Shown here one piece after another: positions 8,801-19,680 of a DNA stretch of 64,000 nt; positions within the stretch are counted from its first letter, which is position 1; each line of letters opens with the position of its first letter. Source of the DNA: Candidatus Omnitrophota bacterium (GTDB lineage: Bacteria; Omnitrophota; Gorgyraeia; Pluralincolimonadales; Pluralincolimonadaceae); assembly GCA_041651455.1 (NCBI GenBank), contig JBAZJG010000003.1:18517-82516 (forward strand), written 5' to 3'. The notes under the pieces are model-generated. The model worked only from the letters and a program-made list of their open reading frames with translations, did not search any database and was not told where the DNA came from. The translations under genes and the position numbers were made by a program.

Positions 8801-9427
8801 CTCGAGGGCATGGGCCCGGTGAATCTCGTTGCGATAGAGGAACACCAGGAACTGCAGGAGAGATATACGTTCCTTACCACCCAGCAGCAGGACCTGCTGG
8901 CCGCCAAGGACGACCTGCATAAGGCCATAAACAAGCTCAACAGGACAACGCGCGAAATGTTCCTCGAGACGTTCCAGAAGATACAGGTGGAGTTCAGGGA
9001 CATGTTCAGGCTGCTCTTCGGAGGCGGGGATGCAGAGCTGCTCCTGATAGACCAGGAGGATATCCTCGAGAGCGGAATAGAGATCATAGCGAGGCCGCCC
9101 GGGAAGAAGCCGCAGACGATATCGCTGCTGTCAGGCGGCGAGAGGTCTATGACGGCTATAGCCCTGTTGTTCTCGATATTCAAGGTCAAGCCGAGCCCGT
9201 TCTGCGTGATGGACGAGATGGATGCCGCGCTGGATGAGGCGAACATAGACAGGTTCTGCAGGGTGCTTCGCGATTTCGTGAAGACCTCGCAGTTCATAAT
9301 GATAACGCACAACAAGAAGACGATTTCGGTTGCCGACGTAATGTACGGGATAACAATGGAGGAGTCGGGTGTATCGAAGATCGTTTCAGTTAAGTTTTCA
9401 CAGGAGTTGGAAGCGAAGACAGCCTGA
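5885..9427 (+). CDS. smc: Chromosome segregation protein SMC
   Basis: Probable TTG start at 5885 preceded by AAGGAGGG; the protein then begins (M)HFKSLELFGFKSF. Walker A GPNGCGKSN, long coiled coils, hinge, and C-terminal signature LSGGERSMTAIALLF plus Walker B. Confidence 0.9.
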   Translation: MHFKSLELFGFKSFANKTELNFEPGVTAIVGPNGCGKSNISDAIKWVLGETSAREVRGNKMEDVIFSGTDGKEALGFAEVSLTIVNQPKILPTEYDEVTITRRVFRSGESEYFINKSPVRLKDINELFMGTGIGTSTYSLMEQGRIAELLDSRPEERRYVFEEAAGITRYKAKKKEALRKLEQTEANLLRVSDVITEVKRQINSIERQANKARKYKEDFEKLKEMEVVSAANEFRKIRSEEGSIYSDRDGLKAKEDEINAVISELDSKLMSLRSDLDKVDHRLSEAKANVVNIEGQIERNRDRITYNSERSNELNARIAAIDKDLVSSRERLSNVEAEVARLNLESGQFKSNEENKKAEIEQKTAYLDSIAETVRVCQENIEKAKLYIVDIAQGQTRVHNELTKMVAHTQHLSARQRRIEVEKRKVEEERSSFNQKLGDLVVFVEKIGKDIEELNWKKAQAEGSLSSLDEDIAKLETDLQGLNSELTTAQSRLTFLEDLKAKYEGFSLGVKTVLKEIERGSGVSEGVVGVVADLIEPFQGYDGVVEAALGDMVQAVIVKDRDTARKLIRFLDEGSLGRATFIPLEGLRRQDAASDILNYLKVNEAVKPAVEYLLRNACLAEDLDSAIASAADRQDSMRFITRNGEVVERGYSAGGKVPKAEGFSLIGRDAKIKELRISIENLKARTEAAAAELNEKKQSRDQLEADAKMTAEQIHKIQIDNANKISEKSSIEEAINKLGDEESLLNLELGEVKSEIDTYAVKEEELKKELAALNDEDSKVQETIKGNQEAIAGKLKEREDTLVLITQLKTELDMLKDKETSVINALTMMSRSLEDERSGYFAKERELEDSKGRISELVAESEGLSKKNEELVNSRTAAEADSQKILDERRSASEAISHVEAEAREAQKSINELSGRIHTLEVKTTEFSYKRSSIKDRLQQVYKVETDLEQVAVPEDMNWDETNEKMETLRAKLEGMGPVNLVAIEEHQELQERYTFLTTQQQDLLAAKDDLHKAINKLNRTTREMFLETFQKIQVEFRDMFRLLFGGGDAELLLIDQEDILESGIEIIARPPGKKPQTISLLSGGERSMTAIALLFSIFKVKPSPFCVMDEMDAALDEANIDRFCRVLRDFVKTSQFIMITHNKKTISVADVMYGITMEESGVSKIVSVKFSQELEAKTA

Positions 9428-9435
9428 TATAGTAG

Positions 9436-9460
9436 CCCTTGCGAGGGTAAGGGTTATTTG
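9436..9460 (+). terminator. Possible terminator hairpin between the convergent smc and GGDEF genes
   Basis: CCCTT-N8-AAGGG followed by TTATTTGG. Weak. Confidence 0.3.
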
Positions 9461-10623
9461 GATGTGTAGACGCAGACTTTATTTTTACCCGTTCGCTTTG
9501 CTTCGTACAGCGCCATGTCAGCCAGGTAGATCAATTTTTCCTTGTCGAGCGCGTCTTGCGGGTAGGTAGCCAGGCCGGCGCTTATGGTAAGATTCTTGTT
9601 CGGCTGGACGTCCTGTCCCTTAAATTGGAATCCTTCGATCGCCTGCCTCAATATTTCTGCTATCTGGTAAGCCGAATCCTTGCGCATGCCGGGCAATATA
9701 ACGGCAAATTCCTCGCCTCCGTAACGTGCAACTGAGCCCTTCCCGTCACAGGTGGCCTTAAGGATCCTCGCGACATCCCTGAGGAGCTGGTCTCCCATCT
9801 GGTGCCCGAGGGTATCGTTATAGTTCTTGAAATTGTCTATGTCGAACATTACGAGCGAAAGATCCTTCTTGTTCTCATACGCCTTCTTGAGCTCCTCGGT
9901 AAGCGAGTACTGGAAATACCCGTGGTTCCACAGGCGCGTGAGCATGTCGGTATTTGCCTGGTGGACCGTCTGCTCGTAGAGGCGGGAGTTCTCGATAGCG
10001 AGACCCGCATGGTTGGCGAACATCGTCAATGTCCTGATATCGTCCTTCGTGATGGGTTTCTTCGTGAAAATGTTATCGGCAAGTATGACGCCTATTACCT
10101 TGTCCTTGGCCCTCAGCGGCACCGTCACGAAATACTCGGTCCTCAGCGACTGAAGGATAGGGTCGCCTTCGATGTTCTTTCTCGTATGTTCGTTGGTTAT
10201 CTCGAAGCTCATGCCTTCCATGACGGTCATCGCAAGTACGCCTGAATCCTCACGGAGCGGTACCTTTATATTACGGACGATCTTGTCCAGCTCGGAACCG
10301 CCTTTCTTGTAGAAACTGTAGGCGGAAATAAGGTCTTCGAGGTTCATTCGCTCAGACTCGATCCTGTTCCAGATGCGTCCGGCCTCCTCGACGGAATGGG
10401 GGCCGATGCCCATCTTGCCCTCGACGGTATTGTCCTCTTCGTTGACGAGGAAGAGCATGGCCCTGTTGAAACCGAGCCCCTCATGCGAGGTCACTCCCGT
10501 AAGGATGATGAAGAGGATCTCATCCAGGTTAAGCGTGGAACGCATGGCGTTGCCGATCTCGTAGAAAATTGTGAGTTCGGCGCGGATCCTGTCGAGCATC
10601 TCCTGTAATGATCTTTTTTCCAT
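9454..10623 (-). CDS. GAF domain-containing diguanylate cyclase (GGDEF)
   Basis: N-terminal GAF-like region; C-terminal GGDEF with RYGGEEFAVILPG and DxLGH motifs. Confidence 0.85.
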   Translation of the reverse strand: MEKRSLQEMLDRIRAELTIFYEIGNAMRSTLNLDEILFIILTGVTSHEGLGFNRAMLFLVNEEDNTVEGKMGIGPHSVEEAGRIWNRIESERMNLEDLISAYSFYKKGGSELDKIVRNIKVPLREDSGVLAMTVMEGMSFEITNEHTRKNIEGDPILQSLRTEYFVTVPLRAKDKVIGVILADNIFTKKPITKDDIRTLTMFANHAGLAIENSRLYEQTVHQANTDMLTRLWNHGYFQYSLTEELKKAYENKKDLSLVMFDIDNFKNYNDTLGHQMGDQLLRDVARILKATCDGKGSVARYGGEEFAVILPGMRKDSAYQIAEILRQAIEGFQFKGQDVQPNKNLTISAGLATYPQDALDKEKLIYLADMALYEAKRTGKNKVCVYTSK

Positions 10624-10690
10624 AGTGGCAGTAATGATACCCTATTAAATACCCTTTGTCAAGGCAGGCAGGACAGTCCATAGCGGGGGC

Positions 10691-10719
10691 TTGACAAACG
10701 GGGAGCTTTGGTATAAACT
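10691..10719 (+). promoter_or_regulatory. Putative promoter driving the FMN riboswitch and rib operon
   Basis: TTGACA at 10691-10696, a ~15-nt spacer, then TGG-TATAAA. Confidence 0.4.
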
Positions 10720-10721
10720 CT

Positions 10722-10870
10722 ATTTGTTCTTCGGGAGGGGTGAAATTCCCCACTGGCAGTGAAATCCTTGCGCAAGCAAGGATCAAGCCTGCGAGCTTCC
10801 CAAAAGGGGGGCAGACCCTGTGAGATCCAGGGGCCAATAGTCAAAGTCTAGATGGGAGAAGACAGAACAC
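10722..10870 (+). promoter_or_regulatory. FMN riboswitch (RFN element)
   Basis: Conserved RFN blocks: GGGGTGAAATTCCCCACTGGC, AGCCTGCGAGC, a GACCC stretch, and AAGTCTAGATGGGAGAAGACA. P1 strands are GTTCTTC and GAAGA(C)AGAAC. It sits directly upstream of ribBA. Confidence 0.85.
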
Positions 10871-10900
10871 AAGGGCCGTGTTTTGCGTTCGCTTTATTTT

Positions 10901-10935
10901 ATCCCGGAGATTTTATCTTCGGGATTTTTTGTTTT
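10901..10935 (+). terminator. Intrinsic terminator (riboswitch expression platform)
   Basis: 10-bp stem ATCCCGGAGA / loop TTTT / TCTTCGGGAT, followed by TTTTTTGTTTT. The 3' arm TCTTCGGG is identical to the 5' strand of P1. Confidence 0.75.
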
Positions 10936-10946
10936 AAAGGAGAGGC

Positions 10947-12146
10947 ATGTTCAATACGATAAAAGAAGCGATAGAGGACATCAAAAGAGGCAGGATGGTG
11001 ATAGTCATTGATGACGAAGGCCGCGAGAATGAAGGCGACCTCCTGATGGCCGCGGAATTCGTGACGCCCGATGCGATAAACTTCATGGCGAAATACGGGC
11101 GCGGGCTGGTTTGCGTCCCGATGGAAGAAAGCCGGTTGCGTGAGCTCGGTATAGAAGTTCTATCCGAGACAGGCGGCGGCAATTTCAATACCGGGTGGAC
11201 AATGTCCATCGACCTCAAGGAAGGCGTAACGACGGGCATTTCGGCGCACGACAGGGCAAGAACGATAAAAGCCATGGTAAACCCGAGGTCGAAACCGGAG
11301 GACTTCAGCAGGCCGGGGCATATATTCCCCCTTAGGGCAAAGGAAGGAGGAGTCTTGGTCAGGACAGGGCATACCGAAGCGGCCGTGGACCTTGCCAAGC
11401 TCGCGAAGTTGAGGCCTGCAGGCGTGATATGCGAGATAATGAACGACGACGGAACGATGGCAAGGACCCCGCAGCTTAAGGAATTTGCGAAGAAGCACAA
11501 ACTAAAGATATGCACGATAGCGGACCTCATAAAGTACAGGATGGCCGCGGAGAAACTGGTCCGGCTTGTCGAGGTGACGACGCTCCCGTCGGAATACGGC
11601 GAGTTCAGGCTAATGCTTTACGAATCGATGATAGACAGGAAGGTGCATGTGGCGCTCGCGATGGGGGAACTGTCCGGGAAGCCGATACTTGTAAGGGTGC
11701 ATTCGGAATGCCTGACGGGCGATGTCTTCGGCTCTTTGAGGTGCGATTGCGGCGGACAGCTCAAGCGCGCCCTGTCGATGATAGGCAAGGAAGGCAGGGG
11801 TGTCCTGCTGTATATGAGGCAGGAAGGGCGCGGGATAGGCCTCGAGAATAAGATCAAGGCCTATGCGCTTCAGGACAAAGGCCTTGATACGGTAGAGGCG
11901 AACAAGGCGCTCGGTTTCGACGCTGACCTGAGGGACTACGGCACCGGCGCGCAGATCCTCGCGGACCTCGGCCTCAAGAACATACGGCTGCTGACGAATA
12001 ATCCGCAAAAGATAGTCGGGCTGGAAGGGTACGGGCTCAAGGTAGTGGAAAGGGTGCCTATAGAGATTCCTTCCAACCCGAAGAACTTCAGGTATTTGAA
12101 GACGAAGAAAGAGAAGATGGGCCACGTGCTCAGGAAGTTAAAATAA
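10947..12146 (+). CDS. ribBA: Bifunctional 3,4-dihydroxy-2-butanone-4-phosphate synthase / GTP cyclohydrolase II
   Basis: N-terminal DHBP synthase motifs ([18 protein letters not shown]) and C-terminal GCHII motifs ([15 protein letters not shown]); SD AAAGGAGAGG upstream. Confidence 0.9.
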   Translation: MFNTIKEAIEDIKRGRMVIVIDDEGRENEGDLLMAAEFVTPDAINFMAKYGRGLVCVPMEESRLRELGIEVLSETGGGNFNTGWTMSIDLKEGVTTGISAHDRARTIKAMVNPRSKPEDFSRPGHIFPLRAKEGGVLVRTGHTEAAVDLAKLAKLRPAGVICEIMNDDGTMARTPQLKEFAKKHKLKICTIADLIKYRMAAEKLVRLVEVTTLPSEYGEFRLMLYESMIDRKVHVALAMGELSGKPILVRVHSECLTGDVFGSLRCDCGGQLKRALSMIGKEGRGVLLYMRQEGRGIGLENKIKAYALQDKGLDTVEANKALGFDADLRDYGTGAQILADLGLKNIRLLTNNPQKIVGLEGYGLKVVERVPIEIPSNPKNFRYLKTKKEKMGHVLRKLK

Positions 12147-12157
12147 AGGAGGGGAAG

Positions 12158-12622
12158 ATGGTGAAGACGGTAGAAGGGCAGTTGATTGCGAAGGGAAAGA
12201 AATTCGCTATAGTCATTTCGAGGTTCAACGATTTCATTTCGAAACGGCTCCTCGAGGGCGCGGTGGACACGCTTTTAAGGCATGGCGCCAAGGAGAGCGA
12301 AGTCGAGGCGGTATGGGTCCCGGGCGCGTTCGAGATACCGCTGGCAGCAAATAAGATAGCGAAGTCGAAGAAGTTCGACGCTATCATATGCCTTGGGGCT
12401 GTGATAAAGGGTTCCACGCCGCATTTTGAGTATGTATCCAGCGAAGCCGCGAAAGGCGTGGCGAAGGTATCGATGGACAGCGGCGTACCCGTGATATTCG
12501 GCGTGATAACGGCAGAGAACCTTGAACAGGCGATAGAGCGCGCGGGCACGAAGGACGGCAATAAAGGGCGCGATGCGGCCATGTCTGCTATAGAGATGGC
12601 GAACCTGTTAGAGAGCATCTGA
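12158..12622 (+). CDS. ribH: 6,7-dimethyl-8-ribityllumazine synthase
   Basis: 154 aa with lumazine synthase signatures ([18 protein letters not shown]). Confidence 0.9.
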   Translation: MVKTVEGQLIAKGKKFAIVISRFNDFISKRLLEGAVDTLLRHGAKESEVEAVWVPGAFEIPLAANKIAKSKKFDAIICLGAVIKGSTPHFEYVSSEAAKGVAKVSMDSGVPVIFGVITAENLEQAIERAGTKDGNKGRDAAMSAIEMANLLESI

Positions 12623-13044
12623 TGAGAAAACGCACGCAGGCGCGCGAGTGCGCGCTCCAGATACTGTACCAGTCGGACATAAGGAAAGAGCAACCGGAGA
12701 AGCTGTTCCTCGATTTCTGGAGGGACAACGAGGTCGGCGCCGAGGTGTCGGATTTCGCCTCATCGCTGGTGCTCGGTACGCTCAAGAACATGAAGAAGAT
12801 TGACGAGACGATAACGAGCTACGCGAGCAACTGGAAGCTGAACCGCATGGCCGTCATCGACAGGAACGTTCTGAGGCTCGCAACATATGAACTGCTATTC
12901 TGCGATGACATACCGCAGAAGGTCTCCATAAACGAAGCGGTGGACCTCGCGAAGAAGTTCGGCGATACGGAGTCCGGTAAGTTCGTGAACGGGATACTGG
13001 ACAAGATAAGCAAAGAAGAGGCCAAGAGTGGAAAAGCTGGCTGA
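12622..13044 (+). CDS. nusB: Transcription antitermination factor NusB
   Basis: 140 aa NusB fold (REcALQILYQ..., LNRMAVIDRNVLRLATYELLF); TGATG overlap with ribH. Confidence 0.85.
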   Translation: MRKRTQARECALQILYQSDIRKEQPEKLFLDFWRDNEVGAEVSDFASSLVLGTLKNMKKIDETITSYASNWKLNRMAVIDRNVLRLATYELLFCDDIPQKVSINEAVDLAKKFGDTESGKFVNGILDKISKEEAKSGKAG

Positions 13045-13861
13045 CCTTCACGTCCATACGCGCCTTTCTGACGGGACGTTCACTCCGGAAGAGGCGGTTG
13101 AGGGCGCGAGGAAGGCCGGCCTTTCATGTATAGCTATCACCGACCACGATTGCGTTGATGCTATAGCGCCAGCAAGGAAAGCCGCAAGGGGCAGGGGCAT
13201 CGAGATCATCCCCGGAGTAGAGATGACCGCGCAGGAGAAATCGCGCGAGGTGCATATACTCGGTTATTATCCCGATATCGAAGACGCGCGATTCCTGAAG
13301 AGGCTAAAGGCAATAAGGCAGAACAGGGTCGACCGGGCATATAAGATCATCGAGAAGCTCAAGAAATACGATATATGCCTTGACCCGGAGACGGTGTTTG
13401 AGCTTAGCGGGCCGGGTTCCGTGGGCAGGATGCATATCGCATCCGTCCTCGAGCGGCGCGGATACGTATCATCGATAAAGGAGGCGTTCAACAGGTATAT
13501 CGGCGACAAAGGCCCCTGTTATGTAGCGCACTACGAGATAACAGCCAGGGATGCTATCGCAGAGCTCAAACGTGTAGGCGCGGTCGTGGTCTTCGCGCAC
13601 CCCCAGCTGATGGGAGGTGAGGAGCTTATACCGAAGTTCGTGAAGTACGGACTCGACGGCCTGGAGGCGTTCCATTCGGAACAGTCGAAGTCGGTGGCGC
13701 GTAAATTTACAGAGATCGCGGGTGAGAACGGCTTGTTGGTGACGGGAGGTTCTGATTGCCACGGCCTGAACAAAGGCCGGATGCTGATGGGGACTGTCAT
13801 GGTGCCCTACAGCCTTGTCGAAGGGTTGAAAAGATGCGCAAAGAGGACAAAAAATATATAG
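13028..13861 (+). CDS. PHP-family phosphoesterase (TrpH/YciV-like)
   Basis: GTG start. DLHVHTRLSDG, AITDHD and later His/Asp motifs of the polymerase/histidinol-phosphatase domain. Overlaps nusB by 17 nt and ribD by 28 nt. Confidence 0.75.
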   Translation: MEKLADLHVHTRLSDGTFTPEEAVEGARKAGLSCIAITDHDCVDAIAPARKAARGRGIEIIPGVEMTAQEKSREVHILGYYPDIEDARFLKRLKAIRQNRVDRAYKIIEKLKKYDICLDPETVFELSGPGSVGRMHIASVLERRGYVSSIKEAFNRYIGDKGPCYVAHYEITARDAIAELKRVGAVVVFAHPQLMGGEELIPKFVKYGLDGLEAFHSEQSKSVARKFTEIAGENGLLVTGGSDCHGLNKGRMLMGTVMVPYSLVEGLKRCAKRTKNI

Positions 13862-14871
13862 GCGCAGCGATAGAGCTGGCGTCAGCGGCAAGGGGAAAGA
13901 CAAGCCCGAACCCCTGTGTGGGCGCAGTGGTCGTAAAAAGAGGAAAGATAGTAGGAAAAGGATACCACAGGTATGCAGGCGGGCCGCATGCCGAAGTATA
14001 TGCCCTGAAACAGGCGGGAACAAAGGCAAAGGGCGCGACATTGTACGTTTCCCTCGAGCCGTGCAGGCATTACGGGAAGACACCCCCGTGCGTGGATATG
14101 ATAAATGAATACGGTATCAGGCGCGTCGTCGCGGCTATGAAGGACCCGAATCCGCTGAATAACGGAAAAGGGCTTGCCGCGCTCAGGAGGTACGGGATAA
14201 GAGCGGAATCCGGCATAATGCGCAAGGAGGCGCGGGAACTGAACAGGCCGTTCATAAAATATATGGAAGAGAAGATGCCCTTCGTGATCGTTAAGGCGGC
14301 ACAGACCCTCGACGGCAAGATAGCGACGAGGACGGGGGATTCGAAATGGGTATCTAACGAGGCATCTAGGAGGTTCGTCCACAGGTTAAGGAGCGAGGCC
14401 GATGCGGTGATCGTCGGCGCGAACACGGTTGTTAAGGACGACCCGCTTCTTACGGCGAGGATAAAAGGCGTAAGGGCAAAACAGCCGCTTAGGGTAATAC
14501 TGGCCGGAAGAAACGGCATACCTGGGAATGCAAAGGTCCTGCACAGCAGGGGCGGGAAGGCGCTTGTGATGATGCCGGACAGGAAGACGGGGAAAGTTGC
14601 CATTAAGAAGCTTTTGAGGGTACTTGCCGACAGGGGTGTGATGAGCGTGCTGATAGAAGGAGGCGGGGAATTGATCGCCTCGGCATTCAGGGAGAAGGTC
14701 GTCGATAAGGTCTATTTCTTCATAGCGCCGAAGATAGCCGGCGGAAGGGACGCGAAGTCGTCCGTAGAGGGTGAAGGCGTCGCTAATATGAAGGACTCGG
14801 TCGTGATCAGGGACATTACGTTGCACGATATGGCCGGGGACATACTTATAGAAGGATACGTCAGGAGATAG
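13834..14871 (+). CDS. ribD: Bifunctional diaminohydroxyphosphoribosylaminopyrimidine deaminase / 5-amino-6-(5-phosphoribosylamino)uracil reductase
   Basis: Internal ATG at 13834. Cytidine-deaminase zinc motifs (HAEVYAL, EPCRHYGKTPPC) plus a C-terminal reductase domain. Confidence 0.85.
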   Translation: MRKEDKKYIGAAIELASAARGKTSPNPCVGAVVVKRGKIVGKGYHRYAGGPHAEVYALKQAGTKAKGATLYVSLEPCRHYGKTPPCVDMINEYGIRRVVAAMKDPNPLNNGKGLAALRRYGIRAESGIMRKEARELNRPFIKYMEEKMPFVIVKAAQTLDGKIATRTGDSKWVSNEASRRFVHRLRSEADAVIVGANTVVKDDPLLTARIKGVRAKQPLRVILAGRNGIPGNAKVLHSRGGKALVMMPDRKTGKVAIKKLLRVLADRGVMSVLIEGGGELIASAFREKVVDKVYFFIAPKIAGGRDAKSSVEGEGVANMKDSVVIRDITLHDMAGDILIEGYVRR

Positions 14872-14872
14872 C

Positions 14873-15499
14873 ATGTTTACGGGGATAATAGAAGAGAAGG
14901 GGACGGTAGAAAGATTCGAGAAGTCCCGAGAGCCGTCGCTGATAACAATAAAGGCGGCTAAGACGGCGGCCGGCCTTAAGACCGGCGACTCGGTATCCGT
15001 TGACGGCGTATGCCTTACGGTCGTAAAGGCAGGAGAAGGAGCATTCTCGGCGGAGGCCGTTGAAGAGACGCTTAGGAGGACCACGCTCATCCTGCGCAGG
15101 CCGGGGGATGCCGTCAATCTCGAAGGTGCCCTTACCGCGGGATCAAAAATAAGCGGACATTTCGTTACGGGGCATATAGACGGGACGGGTGAGATAGGAT
15201 CTGTCAGGGAAAGTAAAGGCCAGAAGACCGTTGAGATCAAGGCGGAAAAAGACCTGCTGAAAGGCATCGTGCCGAAGGGATCGATAGCGGTCGACGGCAT
15301 CAGCCTCACTGTCGGGGACGTAAAAGAAGGTTCGTTCTCGGTCTACATAATACCTCACACGGCCGGGATGACCACGCTGGCATCTAAAAAGGCGGGAGAC
15401 AAGGTCAACCTCGAGACAGACATCCTCGGAAAATATGTCAATAAAAACGGTCTTTCCGGGATAACCATGGAATTCCTGCGGGAAAAGGGGTTCATTTAA
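14873..15499 (+). CDS. ribE: Riboflavin synthase (alpha subunit)
   Basis: MFTGIIEEKG start and duplicated lumazine-binding halves (GDSVSVDGVCLTV / GSIAVDGISLTV). Confidence 0.85.
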   Translation: MFTGIIEEKGTVERFEKSREPSLITIKAAKTAAGLKTGDSVSVDGVCLTVVKAGEGAFSAEAVEETLRRTTLILRRPGDAVNLEGALTAGSKISGHFVTGHIDGTGEIGSVRESKGQKTVEIKAEKDLLKGIVPKGSIAVDGISLTVGDVKEGSFSVYIIPHTAGMTTLASKKAGDKVNLETDILGKYVNKNGLSGITMEFLREKGFI

Positions 15500-15524
15500 A
15501 AAGAGCTTCATTCTGCCTCCGGTG

Positions 15525-15553
15525 TTGACTATTTGCCTTACCCGTGATAAAAT
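15525..15553 (+). promoter_or_regulatory. Putative sigma70 promoter (TTGACT-N17-TAAAAT) for the thermonuclease gene
   Basis: -35 at 15525-15530 and -10 at 15548-15553; only ~8 nt separate the -10 from ATG 15562. Confidence 0.4.
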
Positions 15554-15561
15554 CAACCGTT

Positions 15562-16083
15562 ATGTTAAGTTCTTTTGTACGCCGCAGAGCGCTGCTGGCC
15601 GCCCTCTTCTTGTTCGTAACGTCAATAGACTCCGGCGTTTTCGCCGAAGAGCTGTTCGTCACAAGGGTGATAGACGGCGATACGATAGTGGTGGAGAACG
15701 GCGAGCACGTCAGGTATATAGGGATCGATACGCCGGAGAAGGGCCGCCCGTATTATAACGAGGCAAAGAGGCAGAACGAGAAACTCGTAAAAGGCAGGAG
15801 AGTCAGGCTCGAGTACGACGCCGGGAAAAGGGATAGGTACGGCAGGACGCTTGCTTACGTGTATGCCGGCGATATATTCGTGAACGAGGAACTGGTACGG
15901 GGCGGGTACGCATTGGCGTATACGGTGCCTCCGAACGTAAAATACTCGGAGAGGTTCGTCTCCCTGCAGCAGGAAGCGAGGGAGCAGAAGAAGGGTATCT
16001 GGGGCCCGGAAAAGCCGGAGCCCAAAAAGAAGAAGACCGTCTGGGACTACATTTTATATAAATTGAAGTATCTGTTCGGATAA
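15562..16083 (+). CDS. Secreted thermonuclease (SNase/micrococcal nuclease family)
   Basis: Signal peptide followed by SNase motifs (VTRVIDGDTIVV, YIGIDTPE, DRYGRTLAYV). The alternative GTG at 15544 lies inside the putative -10. Confidence 0.75.
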   Translation: MLSSFVRRRALLAALFLFVTSIDSGVFAEELFVTRVIDGDTIVVENGEHVRYIGIDTPEKGRPYYNEAKRQNEKLVKGRRVRLEYDAGKRDRYGRTLAYVYAGDIFVNEELVRGGYALAYTVPPNVKYSERFVSLQQEAREQKKGIWGPEKPEPKKKKTVWDYILYKLKYLFG

Positions 16084-16084
16084 C

Positions 16085-16161
16085 CGGGGCGTGGCTCAGT
16101 TTGGTAGAGCGCTTCGTTCGGGACGAAGAGGTCGACAGTTCAAGTCTGTCCGCCCCGACCA
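16085..16161 (+). tRNA. tRNA-Pro (anticodon CGG)
   Basis: CGGGGCG acceptor stem, anticodon arm CTTCG-TTCGGGA-CGAAG, T-arm, CGCCCCG-ACCA. Confidence 0.9.
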
Positions 16162-16203
16162 TTGTTCCTAGGTCGGATATGAAACTAAATTCCACGGGAA
16201 TAA

Positions 16204-16256
16204 ACGCGGTCATATCCCCATTTGTATGGGTAATGGTGTCCGCGTTTTGTTATTTT
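16204..16256 (+). terminator. Possible terminator after tRNA-Pro
   Basis: ACGCGG ... CCGCGT arms enclosing an internally paired loop (CCCAT/ATGGG), followed by TTTTGTTATTTT. Confidence 0.4.
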
Positions 16257-16285
16257 ACGGCAGCGGGAACTATAGATGAGGCGCC

Positions 16286-19122
<2,837 letters not shown>

Positions 19123-19126
<4 letters not shown>

Positions 19127-19680
19127 AACATATATTAAGGGCGCTGCAGGTCGGCCCCCTTGCGGCAAACTGTTACATATTCGGTTGTACTGAAACGAAA
19201 GCTGCGGCGATAATAGACCCGGGCGGGAATGCCGCGGCCATACAAAGACAGCTCACCGGCGACGGATTAAAGGCGGAATGCGTTATAAATACGCACGGGC
19301 ATTACGACCATACCGGCGCGAACGGGGAATTCAAGCTTCCGGTATTCATACATAAGGCGGACGCGGGAGCGGCGGCGTATTTCAGGTTCATAAAGGACGG
19401 CGACATAATAAAGGTAGGCAACCTGTCCCTTGAGGTGATACATACGCCAGGGCATAGCCCTGGTTCTGTGTGCCTCAGGTGCGGAGAGATCCTTTTCAGC
19501 GGGGACACGGTGTTTGCCGGGACCATAGGCAGGACGGACCTTCACGGAGGGTCGGAGGAGCGGATGGCTGAGTCGCTGGCGAAGCTGGCCGCCATGATAG
19601 ACGACCGGACAAAGATATACCCGGGCCACGGGCCTTCGACCACGATGGGGCAAGAGAGAGAGGAGAACCCTTTCCTGTAG
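19123..19680 (+). CDS. MBL-fold metallo-hydrolase (glyoxalase II-like)
   Basis: HGHYDHTG motif and later His/Asp ligands (HTPGHSPGS, GDTVF). Confidence 0.75.

Noticed and set aside
5852-9427. Numerous 60-215 aa ORFs on the minus strand inside smc, ftsK, pnp, alaS and others (for example 6799-7305, 8668-9315, 32934-33686, 30436-31356)
   Set aside because: They are antisense to long, well-supported genes and have low-complexity, S/L-rich translations; this is the shadow-ORF pattern.
13756-13833. Longer ribD start at 13756
   Set aside because: It would add 26 non-conserved residues. The deaminase domain begins right after ATG 13834.
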